Origin: Lepidodermella squamata
Taxonomy: Eukaryota > Animalia > Gastrotricha
Reading direction: 5' to 3'
Assembly (NCBI GenBank): GCA_047495785.1
Contig: JBLDXI010000074.1
Span: 1,178,001 to 1,242,000 of the forward strand
Length of the DNA: 64,000 bases
The position numbers were made by a program, and so were the translations under genes. The notes beneath the pieces are model-generated. The model saw only the letters and a list, made by a program, of their open reading frames with translations, had not been told where the DNA came from and searched no databases. Positions 55,219-64,000 of this stretch are shown one piece after another. Position 1 is the first letter of the stretch. Every line of letters starts with the position of its first letter.

Positions 55219-55790
55219 TATAAAATCGCCGCAAGACGGACGAAGCGCATCATCCTTTGAAGGAACTTCTTTCATGCTGTTATTTCGGTCAAATCAGTCT
55301 CCATTATTTCTAATCATTTCGGCTTCATTCGATTTGATGGCATAAATTTTTCAATGCCTAGGTCGCTTTTGTTGCATCAACAAAATCGCAACGTAGCAAG
55401 TAAGATGCCATCGTCAACGACGTTATGAGTACAAATAAGTTGGGTTTATCTTATAGAGATTGCTCATTGCTCCATCCAATACGCCGCGAGAGCTGGAGAC
55501 TAAACACTAAACACTTCGTGGGCCACAATTAATCAGCGGCCAGCGGCTTCGCCAAAGCGCAAAATGGAAAAAGCCTTGAAACTGATCGCAAACCAGCAGG
55601 TCGCTGCTACGTTGACGCTGCAAGCTGCAAGTATATTGTTGAGCCAGCCCCTGTTGATCATTTTACACCAACACTTTAACAAATGAATTCAGTTGCTGCT
55701 TCTCGTAGATGAATCAATCGGAAAACTGAATTTAGATGCACCCCATTTAAACCGTTGATTGTAGATTACACAGACAATAATACAATAAAA
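55219..55790 (+). pseudogene. Possible decayed small secreted-protein gene
   Basis: TATAAAA at 55219, a 57-nt GTAAG..TAG intron at 55400-55456, a signal-like VAFVASTKS segment and AATAAA at about 55784. There is no intact start and every frame has stops. Confidence 0.3.
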
Positions 55791-56379
55791 ATATATTCAG
55801 ATTCACAAGATTCAGTCGAATGTTTTATAGCAGTAGAACCGGTCATTACGGTCAAATGGGCTGAAGTGCGGCATTTTCAAAATGATTATTACGGAATAAA
55901 TCTCAGTTGAAGAAAATGGTTTTAGGAGGGTTACGATTTCTGTCTTAAATTTAATATTGGCGTCGCTATAGTGAGAATATATGTGAGTATATGTATAGGA
56001 ACGGTCTTCCTTCTAACTTCCGCCAATTTTAATGTTGGCTGTATGAAGCTTTATGTTCTCCCTCGCCGCTTTACCCCCCCCCCCCCCCCCCCTTCACATC
56101 ACCCAACTCTCTCATCCTCCTCTTCCCTTCCGTTCTCTTTCTCGCGGTCTCGTCCGTTAAACAACTTTTACCATACTTTTACCAAAACCAAGAAAACGCA
56201 TCCCAGCGCATAACGCGGCTGATCCAACAATAGGAAGCTCACTATGTTTGTTTTCGCAACGTTTTTTACAATTTTCACGTGAGAATTCACGCCAGGGAGC
56301 CTATAAAACTGCGGTTTGTCGAGTGAAATTTCACTTTCGACTTCTCTTGCATCAAACTTTTATTTTCTCTCAATAGAAA

Positions 56380-57217
56380 ATGAACAAGTTCCTGACTTGC
56401 GCCGTCATCGTGGTAGGCATTTTGCTGAATCTTAGATGATTGATGCATAGCGCCGTTGCATTTTTAGGCCGCTTTCGTCGTTGTGGTATCGTCTGCCGCC
56501 CAGAAGGCTCCTGCTGCTTCGACTGGCCAGAAGCCTAAGACTGCCAACGCGGGCCACAGCGCCGCGCCAGCTAAAAAAAATCAGAATTCGCATCAAACTG
56601 AAGCTCAGCAGAAAGCTTTCGTCGCGTTTATCAAGAAGGAAGCAGCAAACCAAGCCGCATTCGCCAAGAAAATCAAGGAGCTAGTCAAGTCCAAGAAGCT
56701 GCGCGGCCTCATCCGCAAGTACTACCGTGGCAATGACGGGGCCCTCACCAAGAAGATCCAAAAGATAGCCAAGGACGACAAGAAGCTCAAGAGTTTGGTC
56801 GCTTACCTCGCCAAGAATCCTGAAGCTGCCGCCAAGAAGCTCGCGGCGGTCAAGCCCAACATTGCCACTGCTGCCCACCCGGCACCTGCTGCCGCCAAGC
56901 CAGCACCTTCTGGCCGCGCTGCCCCAGCTAGGAAGACGTCGTACCAATCTGCCGCTCAGCAGAAGGCTTTCGTTAAGTATTTCGGCGGTCTCGCGAAAAA
57001 CCAAGCCGCACTCGCCAAGAAACTTAAGACCCTCAAGACCACGCAGCTGCACGACATCGTCAAAAAGTACTACGGTGGCAATTCCAACGCTGTCACCAAG
57101 AATATCCAAGAGATAGCCAAGAACGACAAGAAGCTCAATGATTTCGTCGCTAGGCTCGCCAAGGACCCTAAAGCAGTAGCTATCGAGCTCGCAGCAGTCA
57201 AGCCCCGTTCCGGTTGA
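56380..57217 (+). CDS. Secreted Lys/Ala-rich cationic protein with two tandem domains (family member 2)
   Basis: Exons 56380-56412 and 56468-57217. The ~85-aa module (AQQKAFV..NQAA..KYY.GN...TK.IQ.IAK.DKKL...VA.LAK.P.A.A..LAAVKP) occurs twice. Promoter and 3'UTR motifs are conserved. Confidence 0.9.
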
Positions 57218-57778
57218 ACCAACCCGGTACCTGCAGCCAACCGAGCAGCTTCTGGCCGTGATTATTTAAAATCTTGCAAGCATCAATCATCATTACTATC
57301 ATAACTCTATAGTTTTGGCTTCAAAATATTATGTACTGTGTGAAAGATTGCCCTATTCGTAGAGGCTGGATGAAACGCTTTGTAGAGGAGCAAAAAGCGA
57401 TACCTTAATAGCCGGTGGTGCGAATTTCATTAAAATGTGTGGATTTTCGGCATCACATACCAACCTTTTATTGCGCGAGCCCAATGTTCAAACAATTCGG
57501 TGATTGGTGTTAAACACATGACCAATGCAGTTGGCAATGTATGGGTTCATTGAATATTAAAATCACTAAATAGTCAATTGGAGCCTTCTCTATTCGACTA
57601 TGCATTTTGCAAATTATGTATGCATTTGTTTTGTTGCGTTGGAACAGAAAGCAAATCCTCTGGTTTCTTGCTTCGACAAAGAATTTGCGAATTGAATGTA
57701 AAGATGTGATCAGATCTACGTGGCAGCTACATGTTGTTAAGATGAGGACACCTTTGAGATGAGGCTGAAGTATACTTT

Positions 57779-58171
57779 GCCGCCCGGAGATCTCCTGGTT
57801 CCCCTACTGGCCGCAAGAACCAACCGATTTCTGCTGGACAGAACGGCCACGCCGCCTCAAAGAGATTGCGCCAGACTGACGCTCAGCGGAAAGATTTTCA
57901 AGGATCAAGGATATCGGCGGTGCGGCGAAGAACGACCAAGCTGCCTTTGCCGAGTAGATCCAAGCCATGATCAAGGCCAAATCACTCCGCAAGTTTGTTA
58001 AAAGAAGTACTACTCGAGCAAAAAGGCCGGCCTCGCCATCTTAGTGATCGCTAAGATAACGACGAGGACGAGAAGATGCTGAACGCATTCGTTGGTTACC
58101 TCGCCAAGAACCCCGAATTTGTCGCCAAAAAGCTAACCACGATCAAGTGTCACAATAAGCCGACGGCATAA
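57779..58171 (+). pseudogene. Lys/Ala-rich family pseudogene
   Basis: Homologous to exon 2 of the 4081 and 63471 genes. In-frame TAG at 57955-57957, a tcaagga duplication causing a frameshift, further indels, and no exon 1. Confidence 0.85.
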
Positions 58172-59870
58172 TAGGTCTATGACCTAAGGTTAACAACAAG
58201 AGAAATAAGGCTGCGGCACCAAACCGGTCGCTGGTGATCGTGTGGAAGGCTGGTTGCCCATTTTGCCTTGATTGTCGTGGCTAGTGAAACTCCTTGAAGA
58301 CGTGCTTTTAGAATTACTAATTGATTTTATTTTAACTTAGTGAAGTATGCGGCATATTTTTTTTTAAGTTTTCAAGCTATATTTTTTGAACCGAAGCTGA
58401 TACGAAGGCATTTTTGCAAAATGAAGCTTTGCGGTTCCCGTTGCGATTGAATGCGATTAGTCAACCCATTATGGGCTAAAAAACAAAGTTTTAAGTGCCG
58501 TAAGCGTCCCTGATAGCCCAAATCTTTGCAAATCTGTGCAAGATCGTGCACGGATCTTTGATGGATCTTGGCAAGCTCAGCTAAGATCTTGCCAAGATTT
58601 GATCCCTAGGGATATGAGCTGTGTGACGCTTTCATATTCAGTTTGGGCTTCTATTCTCTTCTTGACCCAACTCACAACGCAGTGTTCAATATCCACAAAC
58701 AAAACAGAAGCTGTGAATTATCGACCGGCTGCTATTCCATGTGGGATATTATTGGTTATTGAATGCCACAAGGACAAGTTGCGTTTCCCATCGGCTGCAG
58801 CCGTTCTGGCACCCCACTGTCAGCCAGTTGTCACAGTAGGAAAAAATGATGTTAATTTGTTGATATTTTATATCTTGTATTGTACGCAGAATTTCGGAAT
58901 TGTGAGCATCCTTCACCCAACACTATAAACGATATAACGATAGAAAATTGACATTTTTTTCTAGGGGTCGCAGCCGTATACGAATTTTAGGCGAAGCATT
59001 AGTTCTGAATTGAACACTCTTTCTTACAGAGAATGTTACGCTGAATTTAATGGTGATTCTTTTATAATTACTTTCATCAAGATACTTTCACCCGCAAGAA
59101 ATATCGGAAAAGTGAAAATAGCAAAATTAGGTTCCGCTCACCGTAAATTTGGTTCCGGTGAAAGGAGGACCCAATAACTTGTTCACATGATGCGTTTTGT
59201 TGACACTATGGTCCGTTATCCATCTAAGTACGTTAGAAATAACGGACAATGACGTACGTTCGATTCACGTACATGATACATGCAATTTAATAATTATCAA
59301 CTTCAATCTTTCTATTCAGCGAGGGAATAAAACGTCGAAAGATAACTAATTTAAAAACATCGCTCGTCTGCGCAATCAGGAGATCGATCATTATTATCGG
59401 TAAATTTCGAACTCGAGACGTTTTACTATATCACCTGAATAGTGAGGCTCTTTTCTCCCATTCGGGTATTACCATTATTCGGGTTTTTCGGGGTTTTTTT
59501 CCAATTTTTCGGATATTCTGTTCTAGTTACAGTGAGCCATTCGGTAATAATATTATGGTGCTTTCACAAATGCGTCCGATGGTGAAAACTTCGGCTAGCA
59601 ACTCGCAAACTTCGGTAGATGGAAGCGAAACGTCGGAGAGCGTTATCAGTGGCTCTTCGGACGCGCGCCCGAAGTCTCTATTGTTTAGCTGCCGAAGTTG
59701 CTCATTGTCACGCATTTGAGCGCGCGCGCAAGCGAGTGGCAGGCTAGGTACCGGGGTCAGGCAAAAAAATGTCTATTTAAGCGTAAATGCTGAATTCAAC
59801 TAAATAATGAGACGTGAAATGCGATGCGGATCATAAAAATCTAAATTTCATCGAAAAATTATGTGATTAA

Positions 59871-59940
59871 CACTGTGTTGAGCGCGAGAATGTGGAGCGC
59901 GAGAATGTGACCAGCGAGAATGTGTGTGCTCAACACAGTG
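59871..59940. repeat. Mini inverted-repeat element with internal gcgagaatgtg repeats
   Basis: cactgtgttgagc .. gctcaacacagtg enclosing three copies of gcgagaatgtg. Confidence 0.6.
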
Positions 59941-60899
59941 ACCAGCGAGCGTTAAAAGAAGCGTGAAAGAAGCGTGACAGAGGATAGCATGTTATTCGGG
60001 ATGCAGGAATGTCAATTGAATGATTGGTTGATGAGGGCGCTGGCTCTATCATACGTCGAGATCTAGTCAACATGCCTCATCGATGAATCGGTAAGAATTT
60101 GCTTATTTTTACCTGATGGGCAAAATTATCAGCCGATTAATTAAATATCATTTGTCATCGAAAAAATGTGCGGGATCTTTGAGTTACCATTTGCCAAACA
60201 TTTGCATCGTAAAGACTCATAATTTGTCTAATTTGCATGCATGCCCTAAATTTCAGAATTTATTCGTTGATAGCTTTAATGAAAATTCTGCAAAATTCGG
60301 TATTTTATTTTTAAATTTCCAGGGTTACTGAAAAATTTCTCGGACTTTTCTCCCATATATTCCCGAAATTTTCATATGGATTGCCGAAGTCCGCCCCGGC
60401 ATTTTTGGCAGGAACAATCTGATGAATCCAGATTAACTTCACTTAAGTTGAATATACCGATAATTCCCGATTAATTCCGATCGAGCTTTAGTCGTGGTTT
60501 CCTCGCAGTGAACTTATTTGTTTCCCCGGTAAATCGGTGAGAATAGGTACTGAAGTCTATAATGCGCCAAAATGAGGATAATGCATTATTCAGAATTTAT
60601 AAATTGAGAAATTGCCGCTGTCTTAGATAGGAATTTTCACATTTTTCCGCCGGCCCAAAAATTGTATCTAACCGGTATCAAAAATTCGTGGACGAAGGCA
60701 TCCCATTCCGCTTGCTTCGTTACCCATGTTCGTTACATTGCAGCCATTTAATCTATGGCTGCAATGATGTGCGCATTGAGCGTGACGGCGTGATTTCACG
60801 ATAGACGGCTCCAATCCATGACCGCAATCGTGTCGCAGCATCATTATATAATTTGCATGCATGCCCTAAATTTCTTAATTTATTTCAGAAAAATGGGGA

Positions 60900-61264
60900 A
60901 AAGTAGGCTTCTATTCAAGACTAGGCTTCTATTTGAGATAGGCTTGTGCAACGGAGACCTGACTTTACTTTCTGTCTTTCAATCTCAAAACTCATTATTA
61001 GTTATTAGCTAGGTCGTCTAATAGCTGAAAATTAGGAATAATAAGGAATGCTTTAACTAAAATCATCGTAAATCGCAGATTATTACATATCTTCACGAAT
61101 TTTTCGGTTTTAAATAGCGTTCAGCGCAACAGAGCACACGCGCCGTAGTAGCATAGGCTACTATTCGAGATAAGACTATGCATCGTCGAATTTCAATTTA
61201 CCTAGGCTTCTAATCGAGACAGGCTTCTAAACGAGTGGGGGCTTATATTTCGGTAACTACGGTA
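60900..61264. mobile_element. Right end of a pogo-type MITE
   Basis: Repeated aggcttcta(t/a)tcgaga motifs ending in ..TACGGTA. Related to the terminus at 26701. Confidence 0.55.
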
Positions 61265-61745
61265 TATTTTTGGAAAAAAAATTTGAAATTGTAATGAGAA
61301 CTACGAAATCAGACGACGTAACCCCATTTTAAATGTTGAAAAGAGGGTGCAAATTATCTGCTGAAATTTGGCAGGCAATGACCTTCGAATCATAATACCG
61401 ATTTAGGAACGCGAAGGAAATTGCTATTAATGAGTCAAGAAATCGGAGGGCGGCCTTCGTCAAAGAATTGAACCTCGATTCAAGGCATCTATTCCTGTTT
61501 ATAGCGCGGCATTGAATTTTAAGAAACACCTTGGAATCCTAGAATCGTCCTTATTCAAGTCAACACACCTTTCGCCATTTGCTGGAAAATATAGAAAATA
61601 CACCAAACCCTATTTTTTACTTGCTACCGGTCAAATAAAAATTAAGTCTATTTTCTTCGATGCATCAATCAAAAAGGGAATCGGCTGATATTTTTGCCAA
61701 TCAGATGAAAGAGGAATAAGAAAATTATTACCGATGGCTGGGACA

Positions 61746-62410
61746 CAGCGCTGAAAGTAGTGCCAGGTACGCAAGGGACGCCGAGTATAGCGCCAGGTAC
61801 GCGTACCTGGCAGGTTTGGTCTCCAGTTGTACCTGCCAGGTACGCTGAAATCCCTGGCGGGTTAGGGGTTTCTTGGTGCGAAATTCCCTTTTTAGTGGTT
61901 TCCGTTACTTTTTCAATCGAAAATCTTCACTTGGACAGATGAATTCTCAAAAATTTCTCGCTTCGCTCGCATACCATCATAATTCTTATATTAAACTGTA
62001 TTCGATCGTCGCAAAATCTGGTTGTCTTAGCCCAGCACGAAAACTTTTTCGATAATCGATATTGCATATAAGGAATCCTAGTAAGTTTTACAGTGATTTG
62101 AGTGATTCCATAAGCAACAATACCATAAGAGCCTCCTGCAATTAGCGTGTACCATTCGAAAATGCGATCCAGGTCAGCTAACATTTGAAGCATTTTTTGC
62201 AAACTGAGCTCAAAATGTAAGATAAAAATAGCGTCAGCTAAAGCTCGCTACGCTCGCCTGTAATACGAAAGAGAGATTGGCATAAAACGCAGAAATATGG
62301 TAGCCAAATCATAAGTGGAAGGTTCGCGAGCGAGCGTAGCGAGCGAGCGCAATTTTTTTTGCTCAGTTACATGCGTACCTGGCAGGTCAAATGTCCTACT
62401 TTCAGCGCTG
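61746..62410. mobile_element. hAT-type MITE (665 bp)
   Basis: 15-bp TIR CAGCGCTGAAAGTAG / CTACTTTCAGCGCTG. 8-bp TSD CTGGGACA at 61738-61745 and 62411-62418. Subterminal ccaggtacgc repeats. Confidence 0.9.
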
Positions 62411-63470
62411 CTGGGACATGCTGACTGTATCTTGACGCTTGATATGGGAGCCAGTTCACTCGTCAACCTGTTATTCGATTAGCAATCCTTGTTACCCGCC
62501 TCACGCCTCAAGTTGCTAAGGCTGGTGGTGGTGCCGGTTGTGGTCGACGCTGGTGTCGCTTTGTCACGCTCGCCGTGTTGACGCATACTACGATGGCTAC
62601 GCTCGCTGGTCATGGTGCTGAGCGCGAGAATGTCCCACTTTCCAATTGACTCGACAATTTGAAAAATCATCTGAAAATAAGAAAATAGCTTTAATGACTT
62701 GGCTTTTTCGCGATGTAATGTGAAGGTGGAGGCCCATACGAAAATTTTCATAAATATCTCGCAAAGAAGCTGGAATTTCGTTCAACGTTGTGGACATTGT
62801 AAAATTTGAGACCACTCATGTTAGCCGAAAAATTATGATCGGTCTTTTATTCAATTTTCGTCGATCATAATTCATCACTTGAATGGGAATATCAATTGTT
62901 AGGTAACTTGTGCAAATGAAAGTCAACCGATCAAACCAAAATACCCGGAAAAAAATATTCATGGGTCTGAATTATTTAATTGCGGCGAGATTATTTTTTC
63001 GACGTTCATCAATTCTTAAAAAACGACAAAATATTAGAAATGCTGTGTCATTGCTAGTCGCGGCTGGTAACTTGCTCGAATAGCTCAAATTCAGGTTCGA
63101 TTATCGTTAAATCTGTTCATCAGTGTTTTGACCTGCTTGTTCTCGTTTCGACATTGAAATTTGCAGAATTAATTTTACGAAATAAATTGGGCGCATCGGA
63201 TGTGTCCCCTAACCCATTTCCATCATGTTATCTTCCTACGTCATTTCATTTGCGTCATTAGAACGCCTAAAACCATATCGAATGCACCGAAAACGCAAAA
63301 TACACCGTAGCCCAGACGCGGCTGATCCAACAATTGGAAGGTGCCAACTCATTCACGCGATTTTCACGTGAAAATTCACGTAATGGAGGCTATAAAATGC
63401 AGGTTTTTCTACTGAATTTTCACTTTCAACTTCTCTCTCCCATCAACATTTTATTTTCTCTCCTTAGAAA

Positions 63471-64000
63471 ATGAACAAGTTCCTCGTTGGCACCGTCGTT
63501 TTGGTAAGCATTGTGTCTTTACTTTTGATGCGTTCTAATGTATTTTGCAGGCCGCTTGCATCGCCGTTGTGTCGTCTGCCGCACGCGCTGCGAAGGCCCC
63601 ATCTGCCGCCGTTGGCAAACCGAAGTCTCCCAGTACTTCCGCCCAGAAGCCCCACGCTGCCTCGGGTGTTCAAAAGAAGCTGCATCAGAGCAAAGCTCAG
63701 CGGAAAGCTTTCGTCAAGGATGTCGGCGGTGCCGCGAAGAGCAACCAAGCTGCCTTTGCCAAGAAGATCCAAGCCATGATCAAGGCCAAATCGCTGCGCA
63801 AGTTCGTCGGGAGGTACTACTCGGGCAATGCGGCTGCGATCACCAACGGGATTACTAAGATCGCTAAGGACGAGAAGAAGTTGAAGGCTTTCGTCGCTAA
63901 ACTCGCAAAGGACCCCAAATCGGTCGCCAAAAAGCTGACCAAGATCAAGCGAGCCAATAAGACGAAGGGCAACGCCAAGCCAAAGGCATCGACTGCCAAG
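63471..64000 (+). CDS. Secreted Lys/Ala-rich cationic protein (family member 3), running off the window end
   Basis: Exons 63471-63503 and 63551 to beyond 64000 (47-nt intron). MNKFLVGTVVL|AACIAVVSSA..QRKAFVKDVGGAAKSNQAAFAKKIQAMIKAKSLRKFVGRYYSGN. TATA at 63391. Confidence 0.9.

Noticed and set aside
56073-56092. Poly-C run (also poly-G at about 53183 and TAA/GTGA/GAAGTA microsatellites)
   Set aside because: Ordinary simple repeats. The associated Pro- or Gly-rich ORFs are spurious.

Overview
Eukaryotic genomic DNA, most likely from a compact-genome invertebrate (inferred from GT..AG introns mostly 47-64 nt long, TATA boxes and poly(A) signals), so the ORF track shows only exon fragments. I spliced the genes by hand. 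The window is a dense cluster of secreted-protein genes: about 16 genes or partial genes, plus at least 2 pseudogenes. These are (i) six modular double-cysteine (galaxin-like) proteins; (ii) a Lys/Ala-rich cationic helical family with 3 genes and 2 relics; (iii) a multi-peptide precursor predicted to release 7 amidated peptides via acidic R-E..E-x-x-R linkers; (iv) two pairs of small secreted peptide genes that the ORF track largely missed; (v) a Q/P/N/Y-rich secreted protein; and (vi) a probable GPI-anchored Cys-rich protein. Eight of the small genes share a 10-12-codon first exon followed by a phase-0 intron inside the signal peptide. Interspersed are a cytosolic sulfotransferase, an intron-poor MRP1/ABCC exporter and an uncharacterised disordered protein. 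Mobile DNA includes MITEs, a 1-kb foldback element nested in another MITE, a tRNA-derived SINE and a pogo relic. The best candidate for an undescribed system is a co-regulated gland or defence secretome island (venom-, antimicrobial- or adhesive-like). No CRISPR arrays, rRNA genes or true tRNA genes were seen.
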